Shown piece after piece: positions 39,863 to 51,760 of a stretch of 64,000 nucleotides of DNA (position 1 is the stretch's first letter; every line of letters begins with the position of its first letter). The stretch is from Phoronis australis (taxonomy: Eukaryota > Animalia > Phoronida). Under the pieces are notes generated by a model. The model had not been told where the DNA came from, made no database searches, and saw only the letters and a program-made list of their open reading frames with translations. The stretch spans positions 138,783 to 202,782 of the forward strand of contig NMRA01000243.1 of the NCBI GenBank assembly GCA_002633005.1, written 5' to 3'. The translations under genes were made by a program, and so were the position numbers.

Positions 39863-42800
39863 CTGGAAGAGAGAAGATGTTTTTAAATGGGGTATGTTTT
39901 TAAGCATTTTCAAGTTTGACGCAGGATCTCTGCAAGGGTCCATGGAGTGGAAGAAACAAAAAAATCAAATATGACTCCAATACACACTGGCATGAAAATA
40001 AATCTTTTGTCCACACCACGACAACTTATTGGAAAGAAAAGGTGAAAAAAGTTATTTTCTGAGATCAGCCTCGGGGAGGACTAACCATGCCAGCAAATTT
40101 CACGGCCACTGACTAAAATTATGCTGGCAGAGCCACTACCAACTCGATAAATGTTAGGGAATTTTAAGTGTATAATTTAAACGGGCAAAGGCACCGACCC
40201 AGATTTCCGTGGATGACTGGCAATGGTGAGAATTGGTGATTTGCAATAAAATCACAAACACATGACAAATTTTGTTGTTTTATGGCTCTGGTCAAAGACA
40301 AGGGGAAGAGAGCTTACAGCAAAATCCTAGAGTATAAAAGGCTAGCACACCTCAAAAACAACTAATCCCAGCAATACTTACTTTACATTCAGGAATGGTG
40401 TAGACAATTCTGCCAACAGTCTTACATTAGCAAACCAAGCACAGACGCTGAAGGTCTGAAAAGACAGTGCTGAGTATACCAAAGCTGTCACGTATAAACC
40501 CAGTATATCATGAAAATCTGAAATTTGTCTCGTGGCCTTCTATAACAGAGTTGGCAGGAAGTGGTTGACCGCAGATCTGCGATGTTGATAACACATCAGT
40601 CCAAACACATTCCTCTGAATACTGTCCATATAAATAATTGCAGGGTCTAGCAGTGTGCCCCATTGGGACTTGAACTTCGGGACCTTGAGAAAAAGGAAGC
40701 GGACACTCATCCCACTAAGGCACACTGCCACCTATCATTGTCCATAGGAACTGATTGAGTTCTTCAGTGAATACCAGCTGTTGAAATCTTCCACTGAGAC
40801 AGTTTTATCATCCTCAAATCACCAGATACTCATCGAAAGATTCTTACACAGCGCGATACATCTTTGTGTTGGCTGGTGACGCACGATACTGTTGTCTCAT
40901 TTTTAGCGAGTCGGACTTGAAACAACACCGTAAAGAAATCGTTTTAGAAATCTAAATGAGATTAAAATATCTGGATTATTTTTTATGTAAAGTTTTTCAC
41001 TAACTACCATCATCTTCATCCATTATATTCACTGGACTTGAAAACAGTGAATAGTTTGAAAGTAACACTTTAAAGGAGAGACTACTACTAAGGAATTGCA
41101 ACCGTCCAATTTGTAGAAAAACTGCAATGCACTCTAATGGTGTTCCTGGATGACAACTTCAGGGCCCCGAACCATGAGTTAGATAACTTAATCTGACACT
41201 GTTGTGCCTGATCCTGGTTCGGGGTCCTCGAATTGTTGTTCAAAAACAACTGCCAGAGTGAGTCATAATTTGGGGGATTTCATCTACGGCGCTGTTATCA
41301 TTTTCAAATGTACTCTGGGATGGTTGTTTTATTGTAAACATCCGGTGAGGTCACAGGTAACTTGTGGATGTTTAATGTGAGTCATTGTTTGTGTTTCAGG
41401 TGGTGAGACATACTTTCAGTGTTATTGGATGGCGCGTGCCTTGAGAATTTTCCGCATAAAAGCCTTGCTGATCAATGCATTTAGTATTTGATGCATTTCG
41501 TCGAAGCTCGTTTTTAATCTTTTGTTTCAACATGTTGATCGTTTTGTCATTTTTGCCCAAAAAGCATGTTGCGGTGGACACGTGCTTTCAATTCTGGTGT
41601 GCTGCAGTGACAAGACAAGTACCGTATTCTGTCATATTGTTTACATGTCGCCAAGTTACCTGTGATGTCACGAGTCATTAGTGAGAAAGTTCTGCTGTAA
41701 CGAAATCCCTCGAATTGTCATCCAAGTGAAACATTCATTAGCAGAAGGAACCATTGGGATCTGAAATGTCATGGAAAATATTCATTACAAAGTAAGCTTC
41801 CAGGAGACCAGATTGTCTATCTGAGAAATTACTTTTGGAGTGAACAACAAGTACTCACCATGCAGTACAAATATGCAATGATTGTTGCTACATGATGAAA
41901 AATGTAAAATGTCATCTCGTTGTAGGGGTACTTCACAGACGCCATGATAATCAAATCTGTAAAAAAGCAGAGCTCAAATATGGGTGAGAAAGTTATGTGC
42001 TCACATGTCCGAAAGATGTGCCACCTTTTGAGCTAATTGTGAACAAAGATTGAAACGTACGATTTCAGAATATAGTGTTTTATAAACAACAACTTAGCCT
42101 CCATTAGCTAAGGATAAAGTTTATAACGCATTCCAAAATAATATGAGATTTTCACAAAGTCTCAAAAATTTTTTTCACTCAATTCAATTGAAAGTGGGTG
42201 CAATAGATAGTCTTTTTAGTTGTGATGTCATTTCAAAATTTACTTTGGCAAAATGAGCTTTTAATTAGCTGTAATTAACGTTTGAAAACTCACGTTCCAT
42301 GTGACAAAGGGCATTTCTCACATGGAACATTGCATTCTCACATGTGACATTTGAATGTTCCATGTGAGATTTTTTGAGTTGTGCCATGTTACAAATAGAA
42401 ATGGTACATGGCACAAACACTATATTTGTGACATGGGCTTTTCATAGCACAATGATATAATGAATTTTAGGAGAAATTTTTGCATTTAGTCAATAAAAAT
42501 NTGCATTTAGTATTTGATGCATTTCGTCGAAGCTCGTTTTCAATCTTTTGTAAATTAACAGTTTTAACATGTTGATCATTTTGTCAGTTTCGCCCAAAAA
42601 GCATGTTACGGTGGACACGTGCTTTCAATTCTGGTGTGCTGCAGTGACAAGACAAGTGCCGTATTCCTTCATATTGTTTACACATCGCCAAGTTACCTGT
42701 GATGTCACGAGTCATAAGTGAGAAAGTTCTGCTGTAACGAAATTGTCGTCTGAGTGAAACATTCATTAGCAGAAGGAACCAGTGGGTTCTGAAATGTCGT

Positions 42801-45800
42801 GGAAAATATTCGTTACAAAGTAAGCTTCCAGGAGACCAGATTGTCTATCTGAGAAATTACTTTTGGAGTGAACAACAAGTACTCACCATGCAGTACAAAT
42901 ATGCAATGATTGTTGCTGCATGATGAAAAATGTAAAATGTCATCTCGTTGTAGGGGTACTTCACAGACGCCATGATAATCAAATCTGTAAAAAAGCAGAG
43001 CTCCAATATGGGTGAGAAACTTATGTGCTCACATGTCCGAAAGATGTGCCACCTTTTGAGTTAATTGTGAACAAAGATTGAAACATACGACTTCAGAATA
43101 TAGTGTTTTATAAACAACAACTTAGCCTCCATTAGCTAAGGATAAAGTTTATGTTTCTGTTTGTAAAGAACGGAGAAAGACATGGCAGGAAGAACTCCAA
43201 AAATTTCATGATTTTGAGGGGACAGAGTCAGTGGCGAATTTAGAGGGGGGCCAAGGGGGCTATGGCCTTTCCCCACCCTTCAAATTCTCCCAGATTCCAT
43301 TTGGCAGTTCGGAAGAGCGAATTTCCGACCGGCAAAATTGTGGCTAATACTCTGTCATGGCTCCCCCGCCTTATCTCAGAATCCTGGATCAGCCCCTGAG
43401 AGTGTCTGGTACACTTCCGTGCCAGTCACAATTAAAACTGCACTATTGTGATGCCACATTAAAATCTGAAGTGTGAAAAAACAATTAAATGCAAAATAAA
43501 TTAAGTGTCTGTAACATCAACGATAATCATACGAGACAAGAATGAGAGCTGCATGGGAGATAAATCAGACAACGGTTCTCAAGGCTGTTCCATCTCATCT
43601 TCATGCAAAGCCTATGATTATACTGATGATATATCAAAAATCGATTTCTTTCAACTTACGTTTGCAAGATAGCTACAGCTGTGTAATGTTCTTTACTCCA
43701 TTGATAGGAGTCACATTTTGCATGGTGTATATTAGACATTTCCACCATGACATGTGTAAATGATGGTATCTAATACTCATGCTGCCAAGATGACTTTGAC
43801 AAAACAGCATTCCCAACCATTTTTTAACTTTAAAAATCGGTAAGTTAATAATGACAATAAAAATGAATTATTACTTTCAAACCATAAATTGTCAATTTTG
43901 AAATATTTTGTGCGAAATAGTTGTATTAAGTAGAGGGAAAGGAAAAACAGAATGAACAAAATTAATACAATTTTTAAAAAAAATCATATCACAAATAAAT
44001 GTTTTCCGTTCAAAACACTGATACCTTAACCAAAACTTCAATGTTGCAGCAGAATCTGGTGCTACCACGGTTAGTGTGAAAACTAAATTTTGATTACGAC
44101 AGTTTCAACGAAGTTTCAATTGACTGATGAAGTTCTCCCATGTGAAACGTACTTACCAGCAAACATATAGCCAACTACAATAGCACAGTTGGTAGCTACA
44201 GGCGGAGAATGGGCCCTGGAGACGAAAGGAGATTTACTATGAACGAGCAACAAAACATCATGAATAGTAAAGGTAAAACCAGTTAAGTCACTCTGCAGAC
44301 AATTCAAAATTAAACCAGAGTGGGGGCAGCCTTCAGCAGTCTAAATAAGCCTATTGTAAAATTTCACACCAATGTCAACGGATAATTGCCAGATCTACCC
44401 CATTTCATTTTTAAAAATTTTAAAATTGCTGTTAAAGCCAGACGGTACTTTTTTAAAACATCTAATGGTCGCTAGGTTACAGAACTTGAAATGGTGAAGC
44501 TGGTGATATTTATCACTTACGAAAAAAAGAAAAATTAATACTTCACTGGTCCGCCAAGTTGTGTTCTAAATTAGTGTAATTTTACTGTACGTAATCACAG
44601 TTTGCACTTGCAAAGTGTGCAAAAACACAATTCAGAGACTTATAAATGAAGTGAACATGGTTATAAAAAAAATAATTGCAGGTGGTCAGGTACACATTGT
44701 ACCGGTCTGGAAAACATTATACAAGACGTGCGCAGGCCGCGCATGTGGGCCTATTGTACTGATCACGTGGAAATATTTTTGTGCTTTATTAAAATATAAT
44801 TAAAACCGAGCTGAGGTGCTAGAAACCTGACTCAAGGGTCTAGCAGTGTGGCCCACTGAGACTCGAACCCACGACCTCGAGTAAAGAAGGTGGGCACCTT
44901 CACACTTGGCCACACTGCCTCCTCTCGAACATGGTTAGGAGAGGGGGTGGAAACCAACTCCAAACAAACTGCAAAAACTTAACACACAAAAAACTTAACA
45001 CAAACCTAATTCCAACCACACTTGGGCACTCCTAATGAGACTAATTACGTGACCCAGTTTATATATGTTGTGACAAGGTAACCCTGACCATAAATTCATC
45101 CTCTGCCCAGCCGTCATGATGAGGAACTCTGGGAGGGCGTTGTGTCTAGTAAATACTTTTGGCGTGTACTGTCGCTCAGGTGGAACAAGGCTGATGAATC
45201 ATCCCAAATCGGCTGATCGGTTCCCACAATAGTTCGAGTATATGTCTCATGCTATCCAAAAAAAGGAACTGACCAATCACAAGTCTTGTCTTTTAATTCC
45301 AAGTTTGTCAAGGGAACTTATTTAAATTTTGAAATAAGGCGAGATGAACAATGTCCACGATTTCACTATGCCTAGGCCGTGGAAACTTATAGGCAATAAA
45401 AAGGAGTGTTCTTGATTTCAAAATTATCTCACAAGGTTTTGTGCAATATTTAGATTTTTAGACTAACAACAGAACATGAAGCCTCATGCACATTAATATT
45501 TCAAATACTCAGTCAAATCATTGAAGTTATAAAAAATGCTTACCAGAACTTATCAGCAATAGTCACATCATCGTAAAAAAACAAATAAAGAGCCGAGAAA
45601 CTGACAATCAGAGAATGCACTGTAGACAAAACGCTGAAAGAGAACAATTCATTTTCAATTAACAGATAAAAGTTGCAAGTCTTTTATGTCATGCAATCAA
45701 TAATATTTTCAACCAATATCAGCTAAAAGCTTTACAAATGCCATTGACAATTAAACAATTGATACCATCTCTTTTGGGGATGAGTTCGATTATTACAGGA

Positions 45801-47943
45801 CACAAGACTTGTGACAGTCAGAGCATGTCATGATTTGGTAGCACTTCTCTTTAACCTTACAACTGTCTCTGGATCAATGTGTGGGCAAAACCTTATAGAA
45901 CTGGTTATTAAGATAACAATGGGCTTTCCATATTGGCGCTCTCTAGAGTAGTGAGAGCAAGAAAATGACTTCCGCTTGATCCTGATTCACATTTGATGGA
46001 CAGAAATCCAATTACTACACAGTAGTTTATTAATTTAAAAGCAAATGAATACATTCCACTGTCAGCCCCTTTTATTGCTTGAGTAGTTTAAGTTCCTTAA
46101 TTCATTTTAGATTTTTGACACCATGTGGGATAGAAATTCTCTTGCTTTGTCAGCTAGCGCCACTGGCTTCGTCGCGGATTCTTCTTCGCAGTGGGAAATA
46201 TATCAACATGATGTCCTTGTTCATAATTAGTACATCCCTCTGCATAGCAGTGGAATTTTGACGACTGCAGGAAAGGCGTTAAAACGCTATTCATAAAAGA
46301 TGTTTGAAACCTCCCATCTGCATAACATGTAGGTGGCGCTGAACGTCTCAACCAAAAACCTGATCGCCATCTGGCGGGACTGATTTTCAATATGGTGCGG
46401 CTATTTCGAAATTCAGCTATTGACCTGAATCTAGTGATGGAGCACAAGAGATCCCTGGACCACATGACAATTTAATCAGAAAAATCTTTTATAGCAGATT
46501 TTCAGGAGGGCTGACTGTTGTCTGGAAGGACACTGAACAAGAGGAGCGGAAATAATGTTTAATTAAAGTATTTTTCCTGACAACACAACATGAAAGTTGT
46601 AATGAACTTGCAAAATGACATGAAAAATACACCTGGATTAGCATCAGTGGTTGTTTTTAAAAGGGCAGGCAATGAAACCTAACGCGTGGCTATTCAGCTG
46701 CGAGTCACACTAAGTCAGGGCTGCCTTCCATTGGCTCAAGACACTCGAGAGTAGAGCTAGTGTGACCCAACTGCTTCACTTGTAACACCTAGCCACAGTT
46801 TGTGAAGACTTATGTGATCTTCTCAAGAAACTACCGTAGTTCAATGGAACGCACCAGGTAGTTATAGTGCATGCAACATTTCCCATAATTCCCCATCGTC
46901 AATCAATGAGTAAGACTTTGACAGATCATATAAGAATAGGTTTTTCATTGCTTTTCGATATGATGTTGAATAGGTAAATCACTTACTGAAAAGCATTGTG
47001 AGTCAGGTGAGTCAGACGTTTCCGCCCTCTCTCTAAGGGCCTTGTTCACTGACTGGATTTCCAGCGTCAGGTTGACCTGGTTCTAGAATTAGGTCATACA
47101 CCACTGGGAGCTGTAAGCCTCCACCCAGTGAACAAAGCCATTGGAGAAAGGGCGGAAACGTTTGACTCACCTCACTCACAATGGTCTTCAGTAAGTGAAT
47201 TACCTATTGAAAATAACCTGATCGTCGGAGTGGTTTGTTTTAGCATACAATGACTAAAAGGATTCACATTCAAAACCTGGGTAACGCGGAAAGTACCCCT
47301 CCTGGTAACACCAAATCCTAAACTCCGTCTCCTGTTCAGCACTACTTTTGTTTACCCTTTGAAACAACCAACTGCAAACTGTTTAACAGATACCAACCAA
47401 AGTAAACAATATCACAAAAACAAATTCTTCCAAAATGGAATTACATACTTACCAAGAAAAAAATGAGAAAATAGAATACAAAACCTTATTACAGACACAC
47501 GTCTATCAACCCTTGCTATGGGAAATGCCCCCAGATGTACGATAAAATCTCACCAATTTCCGACCAAATTTCTCTTTTTTGTTATTTTTCAAATGCTTTT
47601 AAAGCTAACATTGATGTGAATGGAGACATTTTTTCAGAACACTATATGATGTATAGTATAGATCTTGAACATGGAAAAGGCATATCTTTCACGCAAAAAA
47701 ATCCTAAAAATTAACTTGTCAGCCATATTGTGTCCTAAAATTTGTGAGATTTCCCCGCAGTCAGCAGGCAAACACTTCCTACTTGTTATTCCAGTGTTCG
47801 ACACCTTCACTGCTCAATTTCTCATAAGATTTCACCAACTTTTTGGACACCATGGGACTAAGAACAAAGTACAGGGCAAGAAAGCAGGCAGTACTGATGC
47901 CGACCATAGGCCAATACGTCTTGTCCATTGCACTGAGGTCCAT
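39556..47943 (-). CDS. TLCD4: TLC-domain membrane protein TLCD4/TMEM56 (6 coding exons, 262 aa)
   Basis: Exons 47943-47783, 45633-45544, 44215-44157, 41956-41859 (or duplicate 42984-42887), 40455-40382 and 39862-39556 total 789 nt with consistent phases. TLC motifs STVHS, GYMFAD, IFHH, RLLAELSTPFLN, NG..FFLFR and NLFWF.K are present. Confidence 0.92.
40382..40455 (-). CDS. TLCD4: TLCD4 coding exon 5
   Basis: ttttcag / AA|gtaagt. TFSVCAWFANVRLLAELSTPFLNV. Confidence 0.92.
40590..40730 (-). mobile_element. tRNA-derived SINE, degenerate copy
   Basis: ggcagtgtg...ggcacactgctagaccc head shared with the other copies. Confidence 0.6.
41132..41260. repeat. Imperfect palindrome (MITE-like) in a TLCD4 intron
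   Basis: agggccccgaacca mirrored by tggttcggggtcct. Outer cactct/agagtg. Confidence 0.55.
41859..41956 (-). CDS. TLCD4: TLCD4 coding exon 4 (copy A)
   Basis: ttttacag / ATG|gtgagt. DLIIMASVKYPYNEMTFYIFHHVATIIAYLYCM. Confidence 0.85.
42887..42984 (-). CDS. TLCD4: TLCD4 coding exon 4 (copy B, probably the alternate allele)
   Basis: Identical to copy A except HHAAT versus HHVAT. Lies in a duplicated block that starts right after the single N at 42501. Confidence 0.75.
43229..43398. mobile_element. MITE family A
   Basis: TSD agagt/agagt. Confidence 0.85.
44157..44215 (-). CDS. TLCD4: TLCD4 coding exon 3
   Basis: ctccag / G|gtaagt. WAHSPPVATNCAIVVGYMFA. Confidence 0.9.
44680..44924 (-). mobile_element. 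tRNA-derived SINE
   Basis: GGCAGTGTGGCCAAGTG...GGGTTCGAGTCTCAG head, followed by a body with aataaagcacaaaaat. Confidence 0.78.
45544..45633 (-). CDS. TLCD4: TLCD4 coding exon 2
   Basis: ctttcag / TG|gtaag. VLSTVHSLIVSFSALYLFFYDDVTIADKF. Confidence 0.9.
46969..47208. mobile_element. Palindromic element with ~85-bp arms; Penelope-like pseudo-LTR remnant with hammerhead-like core
   Basis: aataggtaaatcacttactgaa...ttgttcactg is mirrored by cagtgaacaa...ttcagtaagtgaattacctatt. Each arm contains GTGAACA..stem..GAAACGT. Confidence 0.6.
47783..47943 (-). CDS. TLCD4: TLCD4 first coding exon
   Basis: MDLSAMDKTYWPMVGISTACFLALYFVLSPMVSKKLVKSYEKLSSEGVEHWN, donor AA|gtagg. An acceptor at 47955-47953 implies an upstream non-coding exon (candidate donor gtaagt at 51206). 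Confidence 0.88.
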
Positions 47944-48522
47944 GATGTAAACCTGCAATCAACAATTGATAGTGGATGGACTTCGCTGGACACACATCTA
48001 TTTATTTAATGTGGAGATTGCTGGCCATGCCCTGGTTAACTGCTTATCTATTAAACATGAGGGTATGAGGGTATGAGGGTGCAAATTAAACAACCAGCTA
48101 CTAGAAAACCTCAATCTGATTTTATTCTAGAAAGTGAGTTTCTATAGCTGGGGTGAATCCAGGATTCCAAAAATAGGGCATCCAAAATGGATTTCCTAAT
48201 TTCTCAGGGTGTACATGACGTAACCAGTATAAGGGGTAGTTCAGCGTTTTTTTTACCCCACATCAAATTGATGTTATAGTGTTGTACAATATGTTACTGT
48301 AGAGACATGGTTCCGCACTACAGTTATTTGTATCTTACATCATTTATAAACCAACTTTTTATTCTGAGCAGGCCAGACTTTAGCTTCCAGGGCTATTGAT
48401 AGCGAGTCAAAGGAGACGCTTAGTTGTTCACTTTACTTTGAGAGACCAAATGCTGAACAGGACATCCTAACAACAAGCAGGGTGTCTAAATTTGAGTCAC
48501 GCAGACGCCTTGGTATCCTCTA

Positions 48523-48809
48523 CAGTGGAGGATTTAGGGGATGGGGGGCAAGAGGGCTATGGCCCCCCTAAAATTCTCCCAGATACCATGTAGCAGTTCA
48601 GGGTACGAATTGCTGAGTAGCATATGCGCACACCAGGGGGGCTCGAACAGGCCTTGAACAAACCCTGTTTACCATTTTTTTTAGGTCCACAAACCCAAAA
48701 ATTGGAGACCCCTGCATCCCTACACTTTAGGCAGGGTGTGCGCATGTGGCGAAATTTTAGTTATTCTTGTGCCCTGGCCCCCCCACTCAAAATCCTGGAT
48801 CTGCCCCTG
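48523..48809. mobile_element. Composite MITE: family A carrying a family-B-like insert (48623-48746)
   Basis: TSD ctcta/ctcta. Same inner junction (gcgcatg|tggcgaaatt) as the 34329 copy. Confidence 0.8.
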
Positions 48810-51760
48810 CTCTAGAAGAGAGACTGACATGGGCCTACGCCCCTGAACACCAAACTCTATTCAAGATTTGGCTTGCCAATTTATCAATTACAAAAAGCGA
48901 AACTGCAATCTGTCAAATTTCGAGTGCAGTCTCGAGCACTAGTAATGATCTTGGAGACAGGACAGATAATGTAAATCATACATACAGGGATATTCCTGGA
49001 TTGCACCTCCGCGCCATTAGCGCATAAAAAAGGCACAAGTACATTGCAGCAAGGCGCCCCGGGTTCATCTTTTAAAACTTTACACAAAACTCTTCCAAAA
49101 ATGCAAGATTCCAATCAAATTATACCCAGTCAGGTAAAACATGACTGTTATTAATTTAATTGCCCTTGGTGTATATCTGTTTCATACGTTACCACTTTAA
49201 TTACACTAAGTCTGCTGGGCACAACTTTTTGAAAAAAGGCAGTTTTTATCACCAGGTGCACCCATAATGCACAGATTCAAAACTGGTCAGGAATATCCCT
49301 GTTCATACAAGTGGATATGACACTGCAACCATACATATAGTCACTAGGTATGAAACCGTAATGAAACAATGAAATACAATACAGTCAGAACTACTTTAAG
49401 TACTTTTTTTCGAGAAATAACAGGCAATGATTCCTTTTTATTATCCGTAACTGCTTTTCATAGTTAAGGAAATTAACATATCAGTTTCTTCACTCCTGCA
49501 ACCTGTGCAACCGAAAAACAGAATCATAAACGTTCATTTCATAGAGTTTTTCACTTGAGTCAAAACTCAAAAGCGAGACATGCCAACTTTGATGAAGACT
49601 GACAAAATAAACTAAATTTTTACATATTGAGCTAAAACATCTTGTCGATTACATTAAAGTTCATTAACCTATGATAATAAACAAGATAAATTACAATACT
49701 TCACAAGACACAAAGGTCAACAGGTCAAACCCACTTATAGTACTTTAGTTAAAGGATTAGGATACCAAGGCGGTTTTGACCAATTAACAGATATTGAAAA
49801 TGACTTTCCCATAGACAGAGATCCTGTAACTTCTTACTATAGTTTACATAACAGCCACAGGCTTCGCATACCAAAGTCAGCCATTACAGGAATGCTCAAA
49901 ACAAAAACAGCACAGCAGTTTCGCATGGTAGTGAGCTATTCTAAGTCATATTTCTGGGTTGTATAAGGTCTGTGTTTTATTAAATATGTGACCTGACCTG
50001 AATTTGTTGTTTGTTTATTATTTTAACTTGGGTTTTAATTATTTCAAATGAATCTGCTCCAGTGTTGGTCATGCACTGTTATGATTTGTTTACTTTCTTG
50101 AGGCTGAACTGTCCCCTGGAATCTATCCACACAGGTTCTTAACAGGATGACACAGAGTTCACAGAAATATCCCAGAGCCAAATAATCATTTCCTAATATT
50201 GCAACATTGTGATGAATTTTGATTTTTGATTTCCTTTAGTTGACCTTAGTGAATCACTAAAACAATCTTAATAACTGTTATTAAGATTGTTTTCGTGAGT
50301 CACTTTGTTCAGTTGCACCCCATTACTGTCCTGGTGATACCCACATCAAACAGTCCATTTAAAAGATGGTATCAACGACCATGTTTTGTACTGGACTTCA
50401 GAAAGCAAAACTATTATAGTTCTGTACACAACTGACAATGATCTTGATCACATTTGTTTTAGGCCAAAACAGAAGCACCACCATTATTTATGTAGGCGCT
50501 AATTTTAAAGTTCGTGACAATGACTTTATTATGATGTTATAATTATTGTAGATGTGCTAGACAATGAAAGCTTTGTTGAGCAAACTGTTGCTGAGATGGA
50601 AGGAATTAAGGACATCAATGGCATCGTGTCCCTCTATGACTATGCGCAAAAAGTACTTAAAGCAACGTGACTGTGATGCTTTAATCAGCGTGAGGCATAA
50701 CTTGCCAAACAACTTCTGGCGTATGAAGCTGATCCTCAACTGAGGCCAGTCGAGACGGTGGCACTGTCCAAATAATAGTCATTATAGTGTTTGACTGCTC
50801 TAAGCTAACCAATGTGGGTATGAAGATGTGACTACCAAAACCATTGAGTACCATAGCCAGCCAGCTAGCTGTATGAAGACTGTCGTCAAAATACAGCTAG
50901 GTACCACTGTGGCACTGTGTGTATTTTTATTATAAGTAGCTTTGTACCAAGGCTATTACTTAGACTACCACAGCCATTTGAAACTCAATTCGAAACGTCT
51001 ACACATGCATGAGTATCAGGCTAGAACTGCTAAATTACCACTGGCACCTATAAGGCCTAAATGCATCCCGCTACTGCAAACTTTAGTTTAAGACGTGGCA
51101 CATACAGCTGATATTGCTGATAAAGCTCAGTTCCTCACCATAGGCCTACCAGTCTACGTCCCAAAACTGATTTTTTTCTCAGATCAGGCATATGCCACTC
51201 ACTTACCACAATGAGAACTGTAACTGTGGATCAAAAGTCAGCTACACGTCAAAATATTTTCTCATGTTTTTGTCTTCATCCAATCCAATCCAAAGTCCAT
51301 GACCCGACAAAGCTTTCTTAACTGTCCAAGTGCTCTGTCCGCAACACCAGTGTCAAAGTAGTGACCTGGTTTTATGCCCTTTGACCTAGTTTTATTTTGA
51401 AAAGCACGTCGAAACAAATCAGTTGGGTAACCTTACTTATTAGTTAGTGTTCTGGTTGAGATAACATAGTTCGTGTTTATCGGTTCTCGAGGTATTCTAT
51501 TTTCAAATCACTGTTAATCGTAAATATCATTATATCGCCACATGTACTAAGGTCAAGGTTGCTCTTGCCAGATGGTGCAGTTGTAAACAAGCACGTCACA
51601 CGTTTAGTCTTTTGCCACATCAGTGTCCTGCACCCGATCATATTCTCATTGGACAGCATTGAAGGTTGTGTCTTGATCTTTCGTTTAGTTGTGTTGTTTC
51701 AAAAGATCATCACCAGATCTTAGTCTATGCTTCTTTACCAGCGTTTCAACTGGACAGTGA

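Noticed and set aside
44124-44151. CTGATGA...GAAACGTA hammerhead candidate
   Set aside because: No stem II or stem I pairing. It abuts a TLCD4 splice donor on the other strand.
44838-44924. Functional tRNA genes at the A/B-box sites
   Set aside because: No proper anticodon stem or cloverleaf, a shared non-tRNA tail, and divergent copies indicate a SINE.
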